Positions 25,561 to 36,099 of a stretch of 64,000 nt of DNA are shown piece after piece. Below the pieces are notes generated by a model. The model ran no database searches. It saw nothing but the letters and a program-made list of their open reading frames with translations, and was not told where the DNA came from. The position numbers were made by a program, and so were the translations under genes. The DNA comes from Felis catus (Eukaryota): contig NC_058368.1 in NCBI RefSeq assembly GCF_018350175.1, forward strand, positions 77,812,001 to 77,876,000, read 5' to 3'. Position 1 is the stretch's first letter. Every line of letters starts with the position of its first letter.

Positions 25561-27749
25561 CCAGAGATGGGCTCTGAATGGTATGGCCCTGCCACCTCAA
25601 AAAGAGGATTTATAGAAAGTGTTGGTCAAAGCCTGACTTCCAATTGTGGCAAGGACACCATTTCATATAATCACGGCTAATAACATCCTGTGTTTTTCTT
25701 AAATCAAAATTCTAAGAACTTGATGTGCTTCTCTTCTGTGAAATAGTTTAAGCTATTACTCTTCGTGGCATTAAATCTGTAACACATCCTTCTGCCCTCT
25801 TCCCAGCTTAAACAGGCATCATAGCCAACTGTTCCTAAAAGCAGGGAAGACATTTTCCGACCTCCCGGGTAACTCATTCAGCAGTTGGCCATGCACATTT
25901 ATAACAGACCCATCAATAATTATTGTTCGTTATTAGGCTGATTTACATAATTTTATATTATCCTAGTTTTGTTGTTAAGATTTCTACCTATTTGCTTTTT
26001 CTATCGGTTATTACCTATGAGTTTCATAAGTAATAATAATCATAAAATAAGGCTTGTTAAAGAAAATAAGAACTCTTCCTAGGAAGAGAAGAATCCTAAC
26101 TTGAGCCTCCTTGGAAATTTCCATCCATGTGCATATGACACCACAACATTCTACAGGCTGAAAATATGGCGTATTTTCCCATATGGTGTGTTTCTAGAGA
26201 GCTAGACAAGGGTGTCTCCCATTAAGCAGAGCAGAATGGAGTCATTGCTGCGGGGAAACATCCCCTCCACACAGTGAAACACATTAGTTGAAAAAAACAT
26301 TTGTTGAAACATTTTCTAGAAGACAACCTGTTCCCATGCTGAGAAGCTAATGCCTTACCTCTCATGCACCAGTTAATTCCTTCCAAAAACACATGTAGAC
26401 CCAGCCAGGCTGTATCATTCAAATCATAATCTATCATGGGACACAAACCTAAGAATGTTTTAATTTCAGTATTCCATAGTTAAATCTCCAACAGTGTTCC
26501 TGACATACCCTAAAAAACATAATTCTCCACTCATACCTACACTTGCAGGCAAAATGCACAATTTGAGACATATGTGTTTTTTACTGCTTAAACTCACAAG
26601 TGCATCCAAAGCCCCAAATGAACACTTTTTAGTCCTTGCCACAATTACAACACTCACAATGGCACTAGTGTTTACAATGACCAGATTAAGCAATAGATGT
26701 GGACTTACTATATTCCCTGAGGAAACATTCTCAATCTTCCTATCGGTTTTCTATTTCTTACCATATTTTGAGAAGAAACATTTGAAGGATATTCAGTGAT
26801 AAATAAAAACAAAATCCAAGTTAAACTTAATTTCTTAACACAAATGTCATTTCCAAGCCGCATGTTTAATCAGCTGGTTAGCTGGTTCCATACTTTCTCT
26901 GCTATGACGTTTCTTTGAGGCACTCGGGATTTAGATTCTCTAATTTGATCTGTCCTGAAAAGTGAAATAATTTATTAGGCTTAATTTGTTTTTATTTCAC
27001 AGCAATCTAATTTTGCTCAATTAACAAGGGCACTGCTTGAACTTTGCCCCAGTCCTTTTGTAACTGAAGATAAATCACTCTGTGATACTATGAAGGCTAA
27101 TTGTTACTGTAGGTAGTCTACAGCTCCTGCGGAGTTTCTAGAAAATTCTTGGAGGGCCTATAATGTATAAGTCCCCATCCCAGTGTGGCTGGAGATTTTT
27201 AAGGTGTGTCAACAAAAGAAGGAGAACCAAGACGAAGCCATAATGAACTTGTTAAGTATTTAGACATGACCAGCATTAAGAACGCTGAATACTGAAACAT
27301 CAGGAAGTCATCTACACTGGTCTTAAACATTTAACACTTGAATGAATTTGTGGTATAAATATAAGAAAGGTTATAAATAAATAAATAACCTAAGCATTCC
27401 ATTCTAAAGGCTGGAAAATAAGCTTATGGAAAACCCAACGAAAGGAGAAAGAAATGAATAATGGACAGTAGGTAGAATTAAATAATTAGCAAAAGTAGAA
27501 GAAATTTTCAACAACTCAGAGGCTAGTTCTTTGACGCTAGTAGGAAAATGGAAAGACTTCAGGCCAGCATAATTTATATTTTTTAAAGAGAAATAAGTCT
27601 GAAATAAAAAATAAAGGTAGTTCATTTCATTCCATTGCCTCCCTTAAGGGCAACCACCTAGTCCCCTAACCACTCCCTGCCCCAGCCTGTCACTACTGCA
27701 GAGACAAAAATAAGGATGTATCTAAAGCCCAACTTCTGTAAACAAACCA

Positions 27750-27935
27750 TATGGGTCTGAGTCCTGGTTCTCTCCTACTACCTATGCAACTCTGGACAAC
27801 TTACTTAACTGCTTTGCCTCACTTTCCGCATCTTAAAAATGGGAAGAAGCAGAGAACATAACTCATAAGGTTTTATGAGGTCTTGGTGAACAAAAATTTG
27901 TAAAGCACACAGAACCTTACCCAGACACAGAAAAC
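27750..27935 (+). mobile_element. MIR
   Basis: tgggtctgagtcctggttct...ggacaacttacttaac...gcctcactttccgcatcttaaaaatggg core. Confidence 0.7.
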
Positions 27936-28104
27936 ATATTTACCTAATATGGATACAAAATCCCCTGGTTTTTGTTTTATAGAAAGATTCCAGTTTTTCC
28001 TTGGACCTCATCATCTACACCGAAACACTAGATGCTGCTGTTTGAGGAACTCTGTCCTTTCCTTAATGCCCATTTCACATTGTTTTAAAACATGTCTTCA
28101 ACTT

Positions 28105-28615
28105 CTTTAATACTTCTACCAACCAAAGTGGTGTCACTTCTCTCCCTTTACATATGGACCAACCTTAGTGTCTTGTCTGAGGAACAGAGTATGTTGGGAG
28201 TGAGGCTTCTGAGATCAGGTCAGAAAATTTGGCATGGCCTCCGTGGATTTTTTTCTTGGGATTCTTGCCCCTTGTGAGGCGAGCCACCTCACCATATTGT
28301 GAGGACACACAATAGTGTTCTGGCCAGCAGCTCCAGCTAAGGGTCCTACCAACAGCCAGCATGAATCACCAGATATCCCAATGAGACAATATCCAGATAA
28401 TTCCAGACTTCCTTTGAGCCACTTCAGCTGATGCCAAGTGGAGCCCACCCAATTTGCAGATTTAAGATAAAATAATTATTGTTGTAAATTAAGCTCTGTG
28501 TGGCTTGGTGCACAGCAATACATTAACACAACAGATCGTGTTGCTAAAAGTGGGGTGTTGCCATATCAGAAACATGCATGAGTAGCCTTGTGACTGGGCG
28601 ATGGATGGAAGCTGT
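28105..28615 (+). mobile_element. MaLR MLT1 (H/I-like) LTR plus start of internal sequence
   Basis: cagctccagctaagg...caacagccagcat...cagctgatgccaagtggagc...cagcaatacattaac, then aagtggggtgttgcc...actgggcgatggatggaagctg resembling the start of MLT1-int. Confidence 0.65.
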
Positions 28616-28619
28616 ACTT

Positions 28620-29102
28620 GGTGACATACAACTGATTCTAGAAATGCAAGCATGGGTTATACGGTGTTTAATATATATCAAATGTAATTAACCACATTTA
28701 AAAATTGTAGCAGAAAAATCACATGATCATGTCAACCGATTCATAAAAAAGGCATTCAATAAAATTACCACTCTTTTAAGAAATCGTTAAAAAATTGTTG
28801 TCAAAGAATATCATAGATTTAAAAAACAAGCAATACATCTGGAGAAAATATTTGCATATGCGTAACAAAATTATCCCAAATATATCTGTACTGACCTAAT
28901 ATGTGTGTGTGTGTCTCAATTTAGATAAATATATCTATTAATGTGTGTGTGTGTATTCTTAAAAATCCATTTTTGAGGGGTGTCCAGGGGGCTCAGTCAG
29001 TTGACTGTCTGACTCCTGATTTCAGCTCAGGTCATGATCTCAAGGTTCACGAGTTTGAGCCCCACATTGGGCTCTGCCGTGACAGTGTGCAGCCTGATTG
29101 CG

Positions 29103-29151
<49 letters not shown>

Positions 29152-29700
29152 CTCTCTCTCTCTCTGCCCTCCCCCACCCACACTGTCTCTTGACCAGCAA
29201 CTTGGCAGAATGTAGCATAACTGGAGATGTATGTGCTCATTTATGGCCTATCAGTTCTCCTTGCAAATATATATACTAGAGAAACACCCATCTCCTACAA
29301 TGAGATCAGAAACTTATGTAAGAATGTCTACTGCACCACTATTTGTAAAATGAAAGAATTCAAAAACAGCCTAAGTATCCATTTATCTAAGTGGATGAAC
29401 GAGATAACACTTAAAAGGGATATTATCTGTATCAATGAAAAGATGTCTTCCTCATAATTTTAAGTGAAAACAATACAGTATGATGCATACAGTATTGTGT
29501 CATTCATAAACTTTACATAGCAATGAAACCATGACGTTATTTCTGAATATAATATGTATGCCAGTTTTTGAAAACTGTACTGGATAATAATATATCAAAT
29601 CATGATAGCAGTTGTCTCTGGGCTGTTGATGGTGACATGAGAGGAGGTGAAGTTTATTTGCACTGTAAAAGTTGCGATAGTAAGATGCTTGGAAACAAAC
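28620..29700 (+). mobile_element. Fragmented old L1, interrupted by a SINE
   Basis: gaaatgcaagcatggg, aaaaatcacatgatcatgtcaa...gcattcaataaaat and ctggagaaaatatttgca motifs, then 3' UTR-like sequence after 29190. Confidence 0.55.
28977..29190 (+). mobile_element. Can-SINE lacking poly(A) tail
   Basis: Head and long (CT)n present; no A tail and no 3' TSD. Confidence 0.9.
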
Positions 29701-30224
29701 AGTTTTCTAAGTGGCAATGGAAAGTAGGAAAGGGGTCCCTGAACCTGTGTGTGGGTGACATCAATCGTTATGCCCGGCCATCAGTGTCCCCTAATTCTGC
29801 AAACAGTACTTGAGGAAGGAAGGAGTCACCATGGAGAATGGCTTTCCATTAGTCCAGGCACACGCCCAGAGCCAGGAGCCTTGAGCACTAAGTTGGCTCT
29901 GTCTGCAAAGGAGTGAAGTGTCAAGGAAAGTTCTCCCTTACGTCTGCAACACGGGGCTCCCTGCCATGTGCAGACGCCGCAGGAAGGTGGAGTGAGAGAA
30001 ACAGAACACAGTGCAAGAAAAACAGGGTTCCCTCTAGGCCTGGAATATGGATATCTTAAGGGTAGAAGCTGCCCTTTCAGATTTCACTATTTTTATGTTG
30101 CACGTTGTGCAATTATTTTGAATTTTTCTTCCTCCGTGATATTTAATCGTTTTTTTTTAAATGTCAATCTGTCTCAGCTGTGCTAAGAGAAAACAAGAAA
30201 AGGTGTTTTAGTCGGAGTTTTATA

Positions 30225-30805
30225 CAGACTGCAGCTTCTGTTGGGGACTGTACATGGTGCAGCCACCACGGAAAACACGGAGGTTCCGCAAAAAGATTTA
30301 AAAATAGAACTGCCACACAGGATCTAGCAATACCACTTCCGGCTGTGTATCGAAAGGGACTGAAAACACGATGTCGAAGACCCATGTTCATTACAGGATT
30401 ATTTACAACAGTAAGATGTGGAAACAACCTACGTGTCCGTGAACGGATACATTTTTAAAATGTGGTGCACACATACAATGGAACATTATTCGGCCTTAAG
30501 GAAGGAAGGAAATCCTGTCACATGTGACAACATCGGGTAACCGTGAAGACGTGCTAAATGAAATAAGCCGATCACAAAATGACAAATACTGCCTGCTTCC
30601 ACTTAGATGAGATATGTATAGTCAAACTCCCAGAAACAGAAAACGATGGTGGATGGCAGAGGCCGGGTAGCGGCCTAGGGAGGAAGTTACTCTTCAATGC
30701 ATATAGACTCAGTGAGCAAGATGAAAAAGTTGTAGAGGTCTACTGTACAGAGCTGAGCCCATGATTCACAATACAGTTATGTGCCCTTAGTACCTGTGAA
30801 GAGGC
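30225..30805 (+). mobile_element. Old L1 3' end (L1MA10/L1MB-like), split by MLT2
   Basis: ORF2 tail-like TATQDLAIPLPAVY...PMFITGLFTTV, atacaatggaacattattcggcc; resumes at 31371-31408 (ttaccacaataaataaa). Confidence 0.85.
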
Positions 30806-31277
30806 TGTAAGAGTCAATTTTATGTGTTCATTTGACTGGGCCACAGGATGCCTAGGGACCTGGTCAAGCCGGGTTGGGGGTGTGTCTGTGAGTATGTACA
30901 GAGGAGATGAACATTGGAGTCAGTCGGGCGAGTAACACACTTTGCCATCCCTGGTGGGCTTCATCCAATCTGCTGGAGACCCGAGTGGATCAAAAGGCCT
31001 GAGTAAGACAGAACTCCTGCCTCACTGAGCTGGGGAACTGGTCTTTTCTGGCCTTTGGCTGAAACACTGGCTCTTCCTCAGTCTCCAGCCAGCTTTTGTA
31101 CTGGCCCTTCTCCCACTGGCTCCCCCAGTTCTAAGGTCTTCGATTCAGACTGGAACTACACCATCCATCCATTCATCCTCCTGGGTCTCTACCTTATCAA
31201 CTACAGCTCTTGGGACTTGCCAGCCTCCATATTTGTGTGAGCCAATTCCTTATAATAAAGCTCTCTATACATAGATT

Positions 31278-31310
<33 letters not shown>

Positions 31311-31370
31311 AAGATAGATAGATATACCAAATCACCTATTGGTTCTCCTCTAGAGAACCCAACTAATACA
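30806..31370 (+). mobile_element. ERVL solo LTR (MLT2-like) inserted in the L1 3' UTR
   Basis: TG...CA ends; ttttatgtgttcatttgactgggccacagg start; tgtgagccaattccttataataaa, (GA)n, cctattggttctc...gagaacccaactaataca end. Confidence 0.88.
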
Positions 31371-32451
31371 AAGAGTAAATTTATGTCTTTTTTACCACAA
31401 TAAATAAACGGAAAGAAGGGCAGTGTCTTCTGAAGGAAATTACGAGGATTTCGTGAATCAATAGTGATGAAGCCCTTAAAACCATACCAGGAAGACAGAA
31501 AACTATTTTTAAATATTCATTAAATAAGCACATTTGCTCTCTCTTCTCCGAAGAAAGGTGGCAGTTTGTCCAGTGGCCACACACATTCTTTTTGGACTCC
31601 GACAAACAACAGCTTCCTCCTTTTGAGACTTGCCTTAATTTTAATCCCATATGTCTCGTTTTCAACCACCAATGCCTGAATGAGAAGCCATGATTTCAAA
31701 ATTCAGTCTGCGTGAGTCTGACCTCCTCTCCTCCTCCCTCAATGCAACCAACACTCTGTATGCTTTGGTTTTTCCCATCAAGGCATAAAAATCAGGTCTG
31801 TGAATGTAGCTATTCTCCCTATAGTAGCACAGTGCTCTGTCTGCGGTAAGTATTCAGTAAAGCCTGCCCTCTCTTTCCTGGTCTTGGCACCCAGGGTACA
31901 CTGTTTGCAGGTTTACCTACCAATGCTCGCTCTTAATATCCCCCCCGCCTAATTCATTTCCCATGACTGTCCTCTTGTCCAAATCCAAGCATTGCTTAAC
32001 CCCCATCTGCATCACAAAAACACCTGCTCCTTGCAGACCTCCCTCCCGCAATTCCTAAGGCACCGATGGTGGTCTATAATTTGTAGTTGTCAGCCATTAG
32101 TCCAGAAATAGCTCAAAAGGGCGCTAATTTACCAATCCCTTCCACCTCCAGGGCAACGGGACACAGCCAGGAGGGACTAGAGCCCATGGACCAGCCACTT
32201 CCTTCTGAACCAGACTCATCAATGCTCTGTGCACCCCTTATGAAAAGGTTGGGTAGCACGGGTCCAGGGTAGCCGTCTATACTTAGAAATTACTTTCCTG
32301 AATTGTTTTGTTTTAATGCAGATGCGAATTCTGCTCAGTTGAAGCATAAACTCTTCCAAGACTGACCACCATCACTTGCACCTTCCCTCTCTATGACAAA
32401 GCCAAACATACGGTAGCTGCTCAGAGGAATGTACTCAAAACAAGTCTCCCA

Positions 32452-32640
32452 CGCCTGGGTTTATAATCCAGCCTTGCCATTTTGAAGCTTCGGGGTCCCT
32501 TGGAATTTTATAATGCCCCGTCTGTGAAGTCCAGATCTGTAAAGTGGGTGTGCTGATACACTCCACCCAGGGCTGTGGTGAGGACTAAATGATCAAATGC
32601 ATCGGACATGCCTGTCACACAGTTGGCATTCGGGAAGTGA
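32452..32640 (+). mobile_element. MIR
   Basis: gcctgggtttataatccagccttgcca...atctgtaaagtggg...gggctgtggtgaggactaaatga. Confidence 0.6.
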
Positions 32641-32751
32641 CAGCTGCTTTCTTATGTGAGTTCTATGCTGCTGATGGAGGTAAAGGAGGAGACGTGAAAA
32701 GTCAGGATGGCATCAAGAAGATACAAACTTCCTGGAAAATACAAATCTGTT

Positions 32752-32977
32752 TTTATTTTTATTTTTTTAAGTTTATTTATGTAACTTGAGAGAGACAGAC
32801 ACAGTGTGAGCTGGGGAGGGGCAGAGAGAGAGAGAGAGAGTAAGAGAGAACCCCAAGCAGGCTCCATGCTGCCAGCGCAGAGCCCGATGCGGGGTTCAAA
32901 CTCACAAACTGTGAGATCATGACCCGAGCCGAATCCAAGAGTCAGATGCTTAACCACCTGAGCCACCCAGGCACCCC
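32752..32977 (-). mobile_element. Can-SINE, full length
   Basis: TSD tacaaatctgttt / tacaaatctactt. Confidence 0.93.
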
Positions 32978-33722
32978 TACAAATCTACTTCTAAAATGAA
33001 AGTTTAGAAGAAGAGAAAATGGAAATCTGAATGTTAAGATTGCGATTCCAGAATATATGCACACACATGCACACACACACACATATTCAGGTGTAAAGTG
33101 AGCACCCAATCTCTAGTGACGGATTCTGTCAATCTGCCTGATGATCTCCGCATTCTTTGTGGGATGCCTCCCAGTCATGCCGAAGCCATCACACTTAGCA
33201 ATAATCTAAGAGCATTTGCCAGATTTAGTCCAACACATGCTAAGCATTTTGTTGCCATATACGTTGGGACCAGATTTTTTTTTAAAGGTTTCTTTCCAAG
33301 CCACTGATCTCCACTTTTTTGATGGAAAGATGTCAACACTGGAAACAAAATACAAATTTGGTTCTGAAACAGAATTCAGAGAAGAAAGCCCACCTGGTAC
33401 AAGACGGAACTCAGAGAACAAGGTGTTTACTCTCCCTTCCTTTAGTCCAAAGCAGATGTCAGCAGATGCTATCTCATCATCTTTTGTAGGACAAATGTCA
33501 GACAAGCTGACAGATGAGGGGACACATGGTGCTCTGGGGTCACCAGGATAGTGAGAGAAGAAAAAGACAAGCCAGTGTGGCCAGGCTGCCAGGGACTGTC
33601 CCACTACACTGAGTGAGCACGACCAGCAGAAACCATTCTGAAAGTGGTTTTCACCTCTTCCTGGACTGCAGGTAAACTGGACTGAGAGCCGTATGCTGCC
33701 TGAGCATAGAAATACACAAATA

Positions 33723-33885
33723 AGGGCACCTGGGGGGCTCAGTGGGTTGAGCATCTGACTCTTGGTTTGGCTCAGGTCACAATCTCATGCTTTGTACATT
33801 CGAGCCCTGCTTTGGGCTCTGTGCTAACAGCACAAAACCTACATCAGATTCTGTGTTTCCCTCCCTCTGCCCTTCCCCTGCTTGT

Positions 33886-33951
<66 letters not shown>

Positions 33952-33982
33952 TAAATAAACTTTAAAAAAAGAAAAAAGAAAT
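33723..33982 (+). mobile_element. Can-SINE with (CT)n(CA)n expansion
   Basis: TSD aaatacacaaat (33710-33721 / 33983-33994). Confidence 0.93.
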
Positions 33983-34852
33983 AAATACACAAATGAAACA
34001 TCCGGGCATGGAAAAGTAAAATTATTATAGGACAATTATTGGTTTTTTCAAGTACAGCATGAAACGTAATCATTCTTTTTTTTAATGTAATCATTCTGAA
34101 GAATTATTTTTGACATAAAAATACCAGGGAATATACAAAATGGGACTTCCCCAGTATATATAAACAAGCTAAACTCATGGCAGATACATTCAATTTGCCA
34201 TGGGATTTAATAGTCCAAATAAAAGAAATTAGGCATTGAACATTTTAAATCTGACATCCTTGAATCTGAACACATTTGTGTCCCTCTAAATTTAACCCTG
34301 AAGATTTTTTGCAAAACTGACTTTCATTTGAGGAGGCAACCAGGTGCATTGTAGGAGGTGGAGCTCTTTGCTTAAATAAAAAGAATCACTTAATTGATAA
34401 CCCTTTGATTACATCCAAGTGTCCTGCCAGAGAATCTTCAGTTACCGTCGTTCTGTGAAAGGACTGTAGAGGTTTTCCACTTCACATGGCTAAGGAAGAA
34501 CATAAAACATCTTTAAAAAGTTGTTCGAGCAGCAACTTATCAGAAGAGGAATGAGTACTTTGGCTTTATTACCTGTATGTGAGGTAAGACAAAATGATCT
34601 CAAGAAGTGATGCTAGTCTCTCACCACAGTGGACAGTCAGTGGCCAGTCCAAAAAGAGCTCCAGTAAAGAAAGATGAGCCGAAAAGAAGGGGTTTGGAGA
34701 TACCACTAGGTTAGAGAAGGCAAAAAATAAGGAAAAGGCCCCCAAAGAATGACAAAAGAAGTTGAGGCAGGGAAGTCTGGCAGAGGAAGCAGCACAGGAA
34801 GGACGAATGGACAGATGCTAAGAAACAAGCCTATGGAGGCGTGTCTTGGTGT

Positions 34853-34998
34853 CCCGATGTTTCCATCTCCCCCTTCGTCTTTGTCTTCCCGATGTTTCCA
34901 TCTCCCCCTTCGTCTTTGTCTTCCCGATGTTTCCATCTCCCCCTTCGTCTTTGTCTCCCCGATGCTTCCATCTCCATCTCCCCCTTCGTCTTTGTCTT
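34853..34998. repeat. Minisatellite, 4 x 35 bp
   Basis: Unit cccgatgtttccatctcccccttcgtctttgtctt starting at 34853, 34888, 34923 and 34958; the last copy has a 6-bp ccatct insertion. Confidence 0.95.
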
Positions 34999-35289
34999 TG
35001 ACATCACCCCAACACTCTGGCTGTCTGATCGCCCGCGATTTGCCCCTCGGAATAAGTGACATGCCCCGGAATTTTTGTGATCACCTTCTCTTCCTGAAAT
35101 GTTGCTGGATCTCATCCTTAGAAGTGACTGATGCAGGTCTCGAGACAGATAAATGGATCTTTTGTTCACGTATTGATTCAGTGACTCAACACGGATTTAT
35201 TAGAATATCCCGCAATGAGTACGACAAGCATGATCCTTGCTTTCCTCAAGCAAATCGTAACAACAACAAAAGAACACAAATGCCTTAAA

Positions 35290-35870
35290 AGCTACCTACA
35301 AGTTGCAGGAGGTGCTCCCGAGCAAATAAACATGGTGCTGAGGTAGAAAATTTGGGAGGGCCTAAAGTAAGATGGTCAGGAAAAGTCTCTTCAGAGAAAG
35401 ATTTCAGTTGAGACTGGAAAAAGCCAGAAGAAACCAGTGATTCACAGTGCGGACAAAACTGTCGTAGGGAAGGCCAAGGAAGGTAGGACTTGGAGCGCTG
35501 TGGGCCATCAGGTCACAGGGCCATCGGGTCATGCTTTGTCATAAGCGCAAAGGAAAAACCCTTGAGTTTTAAATCAAAGCGGGACAGATTCTAACCGACA
35601 CTTTTTAAAGATGACCTGGCCATTGTGTGGAAAAGGAAGTGGAGTCAGGACAAGAGTAGAAAACAAGACTGAATCTCTGCAGCTATCTGCAGGCAGGAGA
35701 GCCGGTGGCGGCTGTGGAGATGAGGCGGGCTGATTCGAGATGTGTTCTGGAGAACTGGCTGGTGGGCGTCACGTGTGTCAGGGTCGTGGGGGAGAAGTTT
35801 GAGGATCAGAGCATGCTGGGTGGGAAGGAAACAGGACCGACAGTCTGAGGATGGGCTAAGATGTGGTGAC
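35290..35870 (-). mobile_element. Degenerate L2
   Basis: atggtcaggaaaagtctct...atttcagttgagact and tttaaagatgacctggccattgtgtggaaaa motifs. Confidence 0.5.
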
Positions 35871-35875
35871 AATGG

Positions 35876-36099
35876 GGGGCGCCTGGGTGGCGCAGTCGGT
35901 TGAGCGTCCGACTTCAGCCAGGTCACGATCTCGCGGTCCGTGGGTTCGAGCCCCGCGTCGGGCTCTGGGCTGATGGCTCGGAGCCTGGAGCCTGTTTCCG
36001 ATTCTGTGTCCCCCTCTCTCTCTGTCCCTCCCCCGTTCATGCTCTGTCTCTCTCTGTCCCAAAAATAAATAAACGTTGAAAAAAAATTAAAAAAAAAAA
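35876..36099 (+). mobile_element. Young felid Can-SINE (SINEC_Fc-like)
   Basis: CpG-rich head GGGGCGCCTGGGTGGCGCAGTCGG; TSD aagatgtggtgacaatgg (35858-35875) / aagatgtggcgacaatgg (36100-36117). Confidence 0.97.

Noticed and set aside
33206..33754. Overlapping 182-aa (minus) and 111-aa (plus) ORFs in mostly unique DNA
   Set aside because: No recognisable domain, non-ATG or SINE-derived starts, and no convincing splice pair
34853..34998. 35-bp direct repeats as a CRISPR array
   Set aside because: Units are contiguous with no unique spacers, there are no cas genes and the context is mammalian; it is a minisatellite
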